A stretch of DNA of 62,447 nt, the filler included, from Stramenopiles sp. TOSAG23-2 (lineage: Eukaryota), in assembly GCA_900128395.1 (NCBI GenBank). It is 5 parts of 5 records of this genome, joined end to end, with 100 filler letters (N's around TTAATTAATTAA, not from the genome) between each part and the next. Parts side by side here need not be neighbours in the genome. Positions count along the whole stretch, not along the records: positions 1 to 28,672 come from LT649397.1; positions 28,773 to 57,335 come from LT649398.1; 3 more parts are not named here. The stretch is one strand, 5' to 3'. The position numbers and the translations under genes were made by a program. The notes beneath the pieces were generated by a model. That model worked only from the letters and a program-made list of their open reading frames with translations. It was not told where the DNA came from and did not search any database. Shown in pieces: positions 19,602-29,595 of this stretch. How positions within the stretch are numbered: position 1 is the stretch's first letter; the number at the start of each line of letters is the position of its first letter.

Positions 19602-21509
19602 TCAACTTTTTTTCTTTGGGCCTCCTTTTTTACCTGTCTTCCCTCCTTTGGCTTGTACAACATATTTAGATTTACCATTTTTTCCTTTTGTACTACCTTT
19701 TGCACCTTTTTTATTATTACTATTATTGTTATTATTGTTATTGGCACCTTTTTTACCACCTTTTTTACCTTTATCTTTACCACCTTTTGCACCAGCTTTA
19801 TTAATATCTTTACCACCTTTCTTTTTCTTCTTCTCAGGTTCAGGTGGTGGTGGTTCAGGTTTTGGTTCTCTAGCAACTGCTACAAATGTTTCGGTCACTT
19901 CAATTCCTTTTTCCTTCAATCTAGCAACACGATCTTCTTCCCATGCATTTAAAACATTACGAATCTCACTACGATCTACCATAACATTTTCCGCAGCATC
20001 CAATTCATCCTTACCAAAATCAAATGCATTTTTATTATATGCATTTTTTGCCCTTGGATCACCACCATTATTTAAAATTAATTCCAACAATTGTTTATGT
20101 TGGTGAAATGCAGCAATTTGACATGCATTCCAACCTTTTTGATCTTTCGCATTTACATTTACATAAAATATTTTTCGTTCGTCTTTATCAAAATCTGGAT
20201 CTAATGTTTTATAATGTGATAATAAAAATTCTACAAATTCTTTATGACCTTTTGTTACTGCTATCATTAATAATGTATTTCCTCTATCATCCCGTGCCAT
20301 AGCAGTTCCTCTAGCCCTTTCATTATTTGTAATGGCTTCCATTGTCAATTCATCCATTCGTTCACGAAATTCTTTCATTTTATTATCTGTTATATATCCA
20401 ACCAATTCCTTTCGAATCAAATCCCTAGCAATTCGTTCCCGTTCCACCGCATTTGTTATTCTAGATTCAAGTTCTTTTTGTATTTTTCGTTTCCGATCTT
20501 CTATTAATTGTTCAGTAATTTTTATATCCCATTCACTCAGTATAGTTTTGATAGCATCATCTTTTGCGATATCTGACGGTGTTTCATCTCCAGCTTTTAA
20601 TCGTGGATCTCCACCGCATTGTAATAACAATTCGATCATTTGTGTATGGCCATGGAACGATGCTCGGTACATCGGAGAGCGCCCTTGGTCATTTTGTGCA
20701 TTTGGATCAGCCCCTTTATCAACTAAATATTCAACTAAGTCACAATGTCCTTTAGCAGCTGCTTCGCTAAGTGCTGTATGATCATGAGCATCGGTACTTT
20801 CTATGGAATAACCTTGATCTAAAAATTCTTTAACTGCATCCATCTCACCTTCAAAAGCAGCTTCAACCATTTTTTTACTATTTCGTATTGTTTCACGCAT
20901 ACCAATTGCACCAAATAATGCTCCATCTAAATCTTTCTTACTTGGCTTTGCACCTTTTTTCCCTTTTGGCCCTTGCATAATGACATTAATCATAGCTTTA
21001 CTTGTATTTGGTGGTGGGCCATCTTCATTTTTGCTGACGACGATAAATTTAAAACCATCTCGTATTTGAAATTCTTCTGGTTGTGGATCCCCCAATTCTT
21101 GCCTTAAAAGTGGTTCCCAAAACTCTCGATTATTACATTCGACAGGGCGTAATGTCAACAGCGATTTTGGAAAATGTGTATCATCAAAAAATTGTTCCAC
21201 TTCCAAAGAAGTAGTACCAAGATGCAAAACTAACCATGTACCATAACGCAAGGATCCTAATAATGCTTTTCTTAAATTTTCTTTTGCAACATCGTTTGGG
21301 GAATGAGCCCATAGAAAATTTCCAGGTTGATATTTTAAAAATCTAGTTGCACAATCTTGATCATCAACAATTAAAGGCCATTTTTCATTTATATATACAC
21401 ATGTATCCAATGCATCTGGTAAACCTTTTAAATTAGTTTCCATAGTTTGTATTGCATTTCCTTCTGCAGTTGGTTCTGGATTTTCTTCATCCCCAATATT
21501 ATTAGCCAT
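19602..21509 (-). CDS. IQANK1-like ankyrin-repeat protein with Lys/Gly-rich tail
   Basis: Motifs AAFEGE, TALSEAAAKG, RSPMYRASFHGH, GGDPR and LSEWDIKITEQL, plus the KWPLIVD...RKALLGSLRYG domain typical of IQANK1. Confidence 0.8.
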   Translation of the reverse strand: MANNIGDEENPEPTAEGNAIQTMETNLKGLPDALDTCVYINEKWPLIVDDQDCATRFLKYQPGNFLWAHSPNDVAKENLRKALLGSLRYGTWLVLHLGTTSLEVEQFFDDTHFPKSLLTLRPVECNNREFWEPLLRQELGDPQPEEFQIRDGFKFIVVSKNEDGPPPNTSKAMINVIMQGPKGKKGAKPSKKDLDGALFGAIGMRETIRNSKKMVEAAFEGEMDAVKEFLDQGYSIESTDAHDHTALSEAAAKGHCDLVEYLVDKGADPNAQNDQGRSPMYRASFHGHTQMIELLLQCGGDPRLKAGDETPSDIAKDDAIKTILSEWDIKITEQLIEDRKRKIQKELESRITNAVERERIARDLIRKELVGYITDNKMKEFRERMDELTMEAITNNERARGTAMARDDRGNTLLMIAVTKGHKEFVEFLLSHYKTLDPDFDKDERKIFYVNVNAKDQKGWNACQIAAFHQHKQLLELILNNGGDPRAKNAYNKNAFDFGKDELDAAENVMVDRSEIRNVLNAWEEDRVARLKEKGIEVTETFVAVAREPKPEPPPPEPEKKKKKGGKDINKAGAKGGKDKGKKGGKKGANNNNNNNSNNKKGAKGSTKGKNGKSKYVVQAKGGKTGKKGGPKKKS

Positions 21510-22362
21510 TATTTATGAGGAGAGGATGATTTTTTTCTATTTCACTTTATATGCCTTTTTGTAAATTTTTTCTTCTCTATATATGTGTGTGTGTGTGTGT
21601 TTGTGTGTGGTTGGTTAACGTGGTTTTTTAAGATGTAATAAATGATACATATACGATATTATTTTTTCATATATATATAATATATATAATATACATCTTG
21701 TATGGTTTCAATTAATTTTAACTCTACAGTATATACAGGAGGTATTATGTATATATTATATTAATGTATTATTATTTTTTCTGCCCAACAACAAAAAAAT
21801 TTTTTTGCTACTAAAAAAATAAAAAAAGCACAAACAAAACCGATAGTCGTCTATCATCGATAACCGCTCCTAGATCTACCACCTTAATTAACCTGGTGGT
21901 GGCAGTGCGTCAGTCAGGCGGGCAGGCCCAGCGGCACAGCTGGCCCAGGCTGGCCCAGCTGGCTCTCCTCTCCGCTCCTCTATTATAGGATCACATCATC
22001 ATCGATAAAAGCATACTACAGTACTGGCATACGCTGTGGTTATGGTAAATACGTCAATTTCAGCTGGCTTATAGCCGGGCTAACCAGCTAACTACGTCTG
22101 TATTATCAAATCGCTTCGTCATATTTCAAAAAAATTTACAACACATAGCACCATAGCCATACTGCCATATACTGTACTACAAGTTGTACTGTATGTAATA
22201 ACAATAAACTCTAGTAGCAGATATTATATAACTGTGTGTACTTATGGAAAATATATATATAAGACACATATACTACTACATATTGAGTTGTGAACATGAA
22301 AACATTGATACAAATAGATAGTGAATAGAAATAGATTAATACAAATAGAAAAGAGATCAATC

Positions 22363-23337
22363 ATGTCGCCCGTACCGTTAAGTATAGGGGGAATCATTGA
22401 TCTGGATCAATATCTGTCCTTGGAACAACAAGAATTATTTAGGCAAATTGTTGACCCAGAAACGGAAGGTGCACTGTTTTTTATTGCATATTCGGCGTTT
22501 TTTATTATTAGTTGTAGATTGTTGTATTATTCTTTAAAGGGTACATATTTACATAAGAAATTGTTAGAGTATATAATTTTGTCTGTCATACCACAGCTTG
22601 GGGAAGAAGATTGGCCGCATCAACATACGATTGTCATACCGCCAAAGTCAGGCGTGCATAACAGTACAATGTTTTTTTTACACGGTTTAGGGGACGGTTC
22701 TGGTTATTGGGAACATGCTATCAAAAGTTTAAACTTAGAGAATACCAAAATTATTTTGCCTGCCGCACCACGGATACCTGTTACTGTAAATATGAAGATA
22801 AAGATGCCTGCTTGGTTTGATATATATGGCACTGAAATAGATTCTCCTGAGGATGATGATGGAATACGCAATGCATCTTTAAATTTATCAAAATTAATTG
22901 AAGATGAACTTGAAAACAATAAACATATTTCACCGAATAACATTATATTATCTGGTTTTTCTCAAGGCGGTGCAGTCGCTTTAAATACTGCTTATCGTGA
23001 TAAATTTTTGAAATGTAAAATTGGTTGTGTAATGGTCTTTTCCTCGTTTATGCCACGTCCGATGCCCCTTTTAAAAAAGATAGAAGATATTAATATAATA
23101 AATGTACAAACACATTGTTTTTTAGGTCATGGTACAGATGACGGTTTAGTCAAACATGTTTATGGTTTAAAAACTGGTGAAATGTTAAAAGATAGGGAGG
23201 TTCCTGTAAATTTTCATTCATACGATGGCGTTGGTCATCAAGCTACAGAAGAAATGTTGTCTGATGCAGCCGATTTTATACGTATACAAAAAAAAAATTT
23301 GGTATCGATGATAATGAAAAAAAAAAGTGACATGTGA
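22363..23337 (+). CDS. Acyl-protein thioesterase / phospholipase-carboxylesterase (LYPLA family) with N-terminal hydrophobic extension
   Basis: Motifs FLHGLGD, PAAPRIPVTVN...MPAWFDI, the GFSQGG nucleophile, GHGTDDGLV and GVGH. ATG 22363 is preferred over GTG 22321. Confidence 0.93.
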   Translation: MSPVPLSIGGIIDLDQYLSLEQQELFRQIVDPETEGALFFIAYSAFFIISCRLLYYSLKGTYLHKKLLEYIILSVIPQLGEEDWPHQHTIVIPPKSGVHNSTMFFLHGLGDGSGYWEHAIKSLNLENTKIILPAAPRIPVTVNMKIKMPAWFDIYGTEIDSPEDDDGIRNASLNLSKLIEDELENNKHISPNNIILSGFSQGGAVALNTAYRDKFLKCKIGCVMVFSSFMPRPMPLLKKIEDINIINVQTHCFLGHGTDDGLVKHVYGLKTGEMLKDREVPVNFHSYDGVGHQATEEMLSDAADFIRIQKKNLVSMIMKKKSDM

Positions 23338-23832
23338 TACGATGAGCGCGTCTAAAATACTTCTTTCGATTTTCTGTATTTTTATTTTTTATCTATTTTT
23401 TAATACGTACTGTATATATGCATATCATAGAAAAAAATTATTAAATCAGAGTGAACAAAAGATAAATAAAAGTGGGCCGCGCTACTATTTTCACACTTGA
23501 TTAATATGCATATATAATATAATTTACGCATATTTAAAATTTAAATATTATAAATATTTCATATTTATACGTGTATATATATATATATAATACGAAATTA
23601 TTCTTGCGATTGAGTATTGAGCATATATATTACTTTAACACGAGATGTATAAAAATATTATATCATATATGCATAACTTATATTTTAACCATCATTTATA
23701 CCGTATTATATATCTCATATATATGCCTATGATAGCACTATTAAAAAACAAAGTTTATACGCACAGAATTTTTTATATTTTATTTTTTTACAAAAGCACT
23801 ATCATACGAACGTACACATAAACACTTCCGTT

Positions 23833-26800
23833 TCATCGCGGAACAAACGATTCGCGTATCAAATGTACAGATTCCTTTGTAATCGGCCATTTTTGTGCTC
23901 CTAAGGAATTTTGTATCCAGTAAATTACTGTATCACGTGTCGATGTCCAAAGCGACAAACCTAATGGAGCTTGAGATCGATACATTGTATGTCTATTTCC
24001 AATTTCAAAAACATGTTGATTCCGCGGTAATAACTCCGCGTGCAGGACATATGGGCTTAATCCGGGTATTTCCCTAACACAATCAAAAGTTGGATTATGT
24101 GAAACGCAAATAATAAATGAAAGCGGATTTTCGCTGCTTTGCATTATATTTGTAATGTGAGTATACATAGTGCCTAAATTATATTTATCATTTGATGGTG
24201 GAAGGGCTATGAAACTTCCAGTTGATGGAAAAAAATCGTAAAAGGAACCTGATGAGCCAAAATATTTATCGGTATCAGGAAAATAGGAGCAATAACTATT
24301 TAACCGGCGCGTTAAAGGCGTTGCAAAACATTCATGTGTAACTCCGAAATATCGATGAAAACATACCATTGATCTTTCTATTAACGTTGTCAGCACGTTG
24401 TCAATACTCATTAACGGAGTTACAGTTTCGTACCGTTGCACCATGTTATACAAACGCCCACACATCCTAACACTTCCTTCTTGACCATTGTTTATTCGAT
24501 ATATTTGAATTAAGCCATCTAAAGTTTTCCTTAATACCAGCACTGCTGTTTGGCCAAAAACTACGCCGCTAACATGAGATTCGAGATTAAACCGAGCTGG
24601 GTCGCAAAAGCTCATCTGCAACAAAGCATCTGTCCATGGCTTCTGTGTTAATAATTTATCCTGTGCTTGCCAAGATTTCAATTTGTAAATTAATTGAGCT
24701 TGGCTAGAGCAATAGTTGACAAATTGTGTTGTTGTTGCAGTCAATATTCTTTGATCAGAGGTAGATGGAAAGCTGGAAACCAATTCACGATATACCATCG
24801 TTGCGACTTCTGCAACTTCTTGGCTTGGCACTATGGGATCGATGCTCTGCTTATTGTGTTTTTTCCAGACGAAATCTTGAATTATCTTATTGTGGAAAAT
24901 ATTTGCTTGTGTGATCCAACGCAATAATACCCTAGCAAAGACAGGGCGATATGCAACATCCATCTGTGATACCGTATCAACTATTTCACGGAATTTATCG
25001 TCGCGTAAGACAGCGACGGATGGAGTTTCTTCCATCTCATTTCTAACAGGGCGTGTTATTACTTCGGGTTGTATAACTGGCTGTTGGCGCGATTGAAGTA
25101 GTGTTGAAGATGCTACCTTTGGTGGCTTTGCAATTTGTTGTTGTTGCTGCTGTTGTACAGGTATTTGTCTATCTTTAGCAACCCATTCACTGTTAGCTTT
25201 CGTCGTATTATTATTGGAGATAATCGCATTGCTGTTCCAATTGTTGCTATCATTGTTCCACGCCATGATATTTTGCTTCGTCTTATTATCGCTACCCCAT
25301 GTTGTCTGCGTTACAGACGCTTGCGAGTCATTATTGTTCAACTGATTCATTTCCTCTTCCATTTCTAAAAATGATAGACTTACTGGTAAAAAATCGTCTG
25401 AGGATTTTTTACGGAGCATTTCAGATGGTGCTTTAGTCAATTTTTCTTGTCGCGGTTGCTGCTGCTGGAGCTTTTGTTGTTGTCCAAGAACTTGTTGGCT
25501 TTGTTTGATGTTCCTAGCTGGGGGTTGCAAGATTAAATCATCATCACTTTCAGTTAAATTTATATTAAGCGTTTGTGTATTATCATCATTATCTTCCAAG
25601 CTAGTATTATTTCTCCTATTTATAGGTTCGTTGAAGAATTGCCGTGGCACCTGTGAACGTGTTGCATTCTGCGGGGCAATCGAATTTTGCTGAAGCATTA
25701 CCTGTGGCGCTGGTGGTGGGCGTGTTTGTCGTTGGGTTTGGCGATACGTTGGTCGTAAAACAACTTCAGGCTCAGATGCATGTTGCTGATATCTATTTGT
25801 ATAATATTTGACTGGCTTTTTGACAGTTTCCCAACCATCATCTTTGTCCTCCTTTTCACCATTTGCCCCCATCGCACGTTTAACAGTGCTAGTGTGTTTG
25901 GAGTATTGAGGAACTTGCTGTGTTATGGAATTACGTGTAATTGGCATAGTCAATTTTCGTTGTGTATATGTTTCAACGTTAGCAGTTTCTTGCATTTTTT
26001 TCCCTTTTCTTTTAGTTACCACAGTATCCCACCCGTCGTCGTCATCCTCTTGGGGTGGTTGGTTATCTACTCTTTCTACCGCTGTATTTCCATTCTTCTC
26101 TTGTATTTCAGTATCTTTTTCTATCATCTGATCCTTCTTGGTTTTATTGCCACCATTGTTTACCTTCGAATTATCGATCATATCCGGGCCAACTATTGTG
26201 ACTGTTTTCTTCTTTTTCTTTTTCTTTTTCTTCTTTTTTTTGCCAGTTGCCTCTACGTTTTCTTCTTTTTTCATTTCTTTCTTTTTTCTTTCCTTTTCTT
26301 CCTGATCTTTTCGTTTTGCCATTAATGCTTGTTCCTGCTCTTCCTTTTTCTTGCGTTTCAGTTCCTCCTCTATTTCTTTTCGTTTTCTTTGTTCCTCTTT
26401 TCTTAATCGTTTCTTTTCCTTCCGCTCTTCTTCCAACCGCTTTGCTTCCGCTTCCGCTTTTTCTTTTGCTAATCTTTTTTTCTCTTTCTGTGCTTTTTTT
26501 TTCGCTCTTTTTTTCGCAGCTTTCTTTGAAGATTTGCTTTTACTCTCTGCTTTTTTATCATCATCTTCATCTGATAATAAACCATCTGCGATGAAAAAAT
26601 CGTCCGTTTCGGATTTTTTTTGCAACGCCAATTTGTTTTTCTTAATTTTATCCATTTCTACTTGTCGTTTTTTCAACGTTATTAGCAATTTTGCCCTTTG
26701 TACTTTTTTCCTATTTCGGGAACATCGTGTAATAGATGCTTTATATTTATCAGTTAGTTCGAAAGCACATTCAATCAACTGCTGCTCAACCAACATAGCT

Positions 26801-28446
26801 ACTGTTGTGTCTCCTTTCTCATCTGTCACCGCCGTATCTGCATTATGCTTACATAATGTTAAAACAGCTTCTTCCTTACCTGATTTTGCTGCGCATAATA
26901 ATGGAGTTAAACCACGATCATCTTTCTCTTCGATATTTGCACCATGTGATAACAATTTTTCTACAAGTTCAATCTGCCCACGTTCGGCTGCTGCGCAAAG
27001 AAAGCTAGGATTTGGTGCTTCTGGTGGTGCGTGTACTGAACATCCGCTTTTGATCAATAGTGTCGAGCATTTCCAACGCTTATTTGCAATTGCTTCCCAC
27101 AATGGTGGCGACGTTAATGGTAAGTCTAACGGCGCCCCATATTTTACTAGAAACTTTGCCACGGGAAGATGTCCCTGTCCAACAGCAGCACTTAAAGCCG
27201 ATAATCCAGCTGTACTGTACGGTGTAGTATCTGCATCGTGTTTTAATAGTTCCTCAACCACGTTTGCATGCCCTCTATACGCTGCTTTTAGTAAAGCTGT
27301 TTCGCCATATTTATTCAAAATATTTACATTGGCATCACGTTGTATCAAAAGCTTTACAACAGGCAAATATTCTTTCTTCGTGTTACAGGCATAATGCAAA
27401 GGCGTAAATTTATCTTCACTTTCAGAATTGACACATGCTCCTTGAGCCAGGCAGGTCATAACGGACTCTACACAACCACTTTCAGCAGCATAGCTTAGAT
27501 ATACATCAACTTCACTGGGGTCCATCTTCGTAGATGTAGATTCCACCAATATAGCTGCCTTTACTTTTAACATGCCCTTTTTCAAGAAACCTTCTTGTAT
27601 TATACGTCTCGATTCGATAAACGAGCTCCATCCCCAATTACATAAATCATTTTTTTGACTTTTAAATACATGCTTATGGACATTTTTCGTGACACTTTTG
27701 GAATCATCAAAATGGTTTATTAATGTCAGCGAGAAACATACTCGCCTTTCCCATCCAAAAGGAAGATCGGAAGTGTCCAAAAAAAGGGATAAATTTCCAT
27801 CAGATTTTGTCCCATTCGGATATATTTTCAGCCGCCATTGATGTCCATTTTCATCAGTTTGAATTTCCGTAGTGTGGCAATTTTTTGACATATCATCAAC
27901 TGTATTTAGTTTTGTATAATTATTTATTTCCCAAGTTAATTCGCTGGCATCTTCCATACAACTAGGATTTTTATTTGGTGCCCTTTTTCTACATGAATCT
28001 GTGCCACCGGATATTTTTCCGACGGGGCCATTTTCAGGATCATGTTTCAACCCATCTTCATCCATCATTTCGCCTTCTTCGCAATCTTCATAATCGAAAT
28101 CTGAAGTATTATTGGAATATACAGTAGTAGTTGTGTAATTCGAATCTCCCCTTAAAATAAGATGTTCATCCTCATCGCTAGATTTTCCTACTAAATTTGG
28201 CATATCATCTTCACTGTCAAGACTGCTATCCTCACTATCAAATTCAATTTCTTTTCCATCCAAAATCATTTCTTTCACAATTGTAGTTGCCTTTGAAATA
28301 ATGCGGTTCACACCACGTTTGAACTCTTTATTAGTCATACCATTATGCCCTACCTTGGTATTATTATTGATACTTCTTTTTCCGCTACTACTACTACTAT
28401 TTCCATCACTTCGCCTGGAACGGTTCACTTTGACAATTTCACTCAT
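23833..28446 (-). CDS. MATH + ankyrin repeats + coiled coil + C-terminal PCIF1/CAPAM-like methyltransferase-fold domain
   Basis: MATH: WEINNY, WRLKIYPNG, LSLFL, WGWSSFI. About 6 ankyrin repeats. PCIF1-like: HECFATPL..YCSYFPDTDKYFGSSGSFYDFFPSTGSFIALPPS, PLSFII, WIQNSLGAQKWP. ATG 28446 is preferred over TTG 28476. Confidence 0.88.
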   Translation of the reverse strand: MSEIVKVNRSRRSDGNSSSSSGKRSINNNTKVGHNGMTNKEFKRGVNRIISKATTIVKEMILDGKEIEFDSEDSSLDSEDDMPNLVGKSSDEDEHLILRGDSNYTTTTVYSNNTSDFDYEDCEEGEMMDEDGLKHDPENGPVGKISGGTDSCRKRAPNKNPSCMEDASELTWEINNYTKLNTVDDMSKNCHTTEIQTDENGHQWRLKIYPNGTKSDGNLSLFLDTSDLPFGWERRVCFSLTLINHFDDSKSVTKNVHKHVFKSQKNDLCNWGWSSFIESRRIIQEGFLKKGMLKVKAAILVESTSTKMDPSEVDVYLSYAAESGCVESVMTCLAQGACVNSESEDKFTPLHYACNTKKEYLPVVKLLIQRDANVNILNKYGETALLKAAYRGHANVVEELLKHDADTTPYSTAGLSALSAAVGQGHLPVAKFLVKYGAPLDLPLTSPPLWEAIANKRWKCSTLLIKSGCSVHAPPEAPNPSFLCAAAERGQIELVEKLLSHGANIEEKDDRGLTPLLCAAKSGKEEAVLTLCKHNADTAVTDEKGDTTVAMLVEQQLIECAFELTDKYKASITRCSRNRKKVQRAKLLITLKKRQVEMDKIKKNKLALQKKSETDDFFIADGLLSDEDDDKKAESKSKSSKKAAKKRAKKKAQKEKKRLAKEKAEAEAKRLEEERKEKKRLRKEEQRKRKEIEEELKRKKKEEQEQALMAKRKDQEEKERKKKEMKKEENVEATGKKKKKKKKKKKKTVTIVGPDMIDNSKVNNGGNKTKKDQMIEKDTEIQEKNGNTAVERVDNQPPQEDDDDGWDTVVTKRKGKKMQETANVETYTQRKLTMPITRNSITQQVPQYSKHTSTVKRAMGANGEKEDKDDGWETVKKPVKYYTNRYQQHASEPEVVLRPTYRQTQRQTRPPPAPQVMLQQNSIAPQNATRSQVPRQFFNEPINRRNNTSLEDNDDNTQTLNINLTESDDDLILQPPARNIKQSQQVLGQQQKLQQQQPRQEKLTKAPSEMLRKKSSDDFLPVSLSFLEMEEEMNQLNNNDSQASVTQTTWGSDNKTKQNIMAWNNDSNNWNSNAIISNNNTTKANSEWVAKDRQIPVQQQQQQQIAKPPKVASSTLLQSRQQPVIQPEVITRPVRNEMEETPSVAVLRDDKFREIVDTVSQMDVAYRPVFARVLLRWITQANIFHNKIIQDFVWKKHNKQSIDPIVPSQEVAEVATMVYRELVSSFPSTSDQRILTATTTQFVNYCSSQAQLIYKLKSWQAQDKLLTQKPWTDALLQMSFCDPARFNLESHVSGVVFGQTAVLVLRKTLDGLIQIYRINNGQEGSVRMCGRLYNMVQRYETVTPLMSIDNVLTTLIERSMVCFHRYFGVTHECFATPLTRRLNSYCSYFPDTDKYFGSSGSFYDFFPSTGSFIALPPSNDKYNLGTMYTHITNIMQSSENPLSFIICVSHNPTFDCVREIPGLSPYVLHAELLPRNQHVFEIGNRHTMYRSQAPLGLSLWTSTRDTVIYWIQNSLGAQKWPITKESVHLIRESFVPR

Positions 28447-28672
28447 TATATAATTGCTAATACTAAACTGTAACAATAATTGATCTTGTATATAACTTTC
28501 AAAATTTATTTACTTTATTATATTTGTTATTTCATTTTAATATGTATGATCTATATATACATGATTCCAATATACATATATATTAATTTTATTAAAAAAA
28601 AAAAAAATTAATTAATTCTATTAGAGTTATCTACATTAAAGATGGCGAAAAATTTTTTTTTTTTTTTTTTTT

Positions 28673-28772
28673 NNNNNNNNNNNNNNNNNNNNNNNNNNNN
28701 NNNNNNNNNNNNNNNNTTAATTAATTAANNNNNNNNNNNNNNNNNNNNNNNNNNNNNNNNNNNNNNNNNNNN
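28673..28772. other. Artificial scaffold linker (assembly gap)
   Basis: 44 N + TTAATTAATTAA (stop codons in all six frames) + 44 N. Confidence 0.98.
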
Positions 28773-29595
28773 TAATTTTACTAATGAATCGTGTGTGCGA
28801 TATTGATCGAAACTATACTATTAGTAATATCTCTCTTATATACATCTATGTTTCCCCTTACATGTATCAGACATATGAGGATGTATATTTGATGTAAATA
28901 TATATATATATATATATATATGTTAATGTGTCCACACACATTATAACATATATCGGATATATACATCAAAATCAAATTATGCTTATTATTATTATTGGAA
29001 AAAGTTATTACTGTAAAAAGCCATACAAATAATACCTGGTATAATAGTAGCACTTTCTCCCTCCTGGTATAGATAAATATAATACTAGGTAAATACAACC
29101 AGGGCCACAATTAGCTGGTAGTTAGCTAGCTACTATACGCGTAGCCTGCCGGGCCTGATGGTAGCTTTACTTTTGTAAAAATGTAAAAAGCTGCATTTTA
29201 AGCAATAGTAATTGGATGCTATGCCTACATTTTAAAATGCTATAAGTTGCGTTTCTTTTTTATTGCGGCTTTTTCGATTTATATTCGTATGGTCACTAAC
29301 TTTAAGGTCCTTTTATATAATCCTTATTATTTATTCAATTATTATTTCTTTCGTATTCCACACGTATAAAAATTGTAAAGATTTACATAATGCTGTGTAA
29401 TGGTAACAAGGGAAAACTTTCATTATCTGATGAAGTGAACTCATTTTATTAAAAAGATGGGGGGCTTTTTCCCCATATTATTAGAAAACAGTATTCATAT
29501 GTACAAATAATATGATATCACCAGACAAGCAATAAATAGATTTACATATAAGTACGTATGCGTATAAATATAGCATATTAAAAGACATATTTAAA

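Noticed and set aside
26351-27394. 347-aa antisense ORF and similar shadow ORFs (6818-7471, 20332-20781, 45038-45607)
   Set aside because: These are F/S/L-rich mirror translations of K/E-rich genes on the opposite strand, with no independent motifs.
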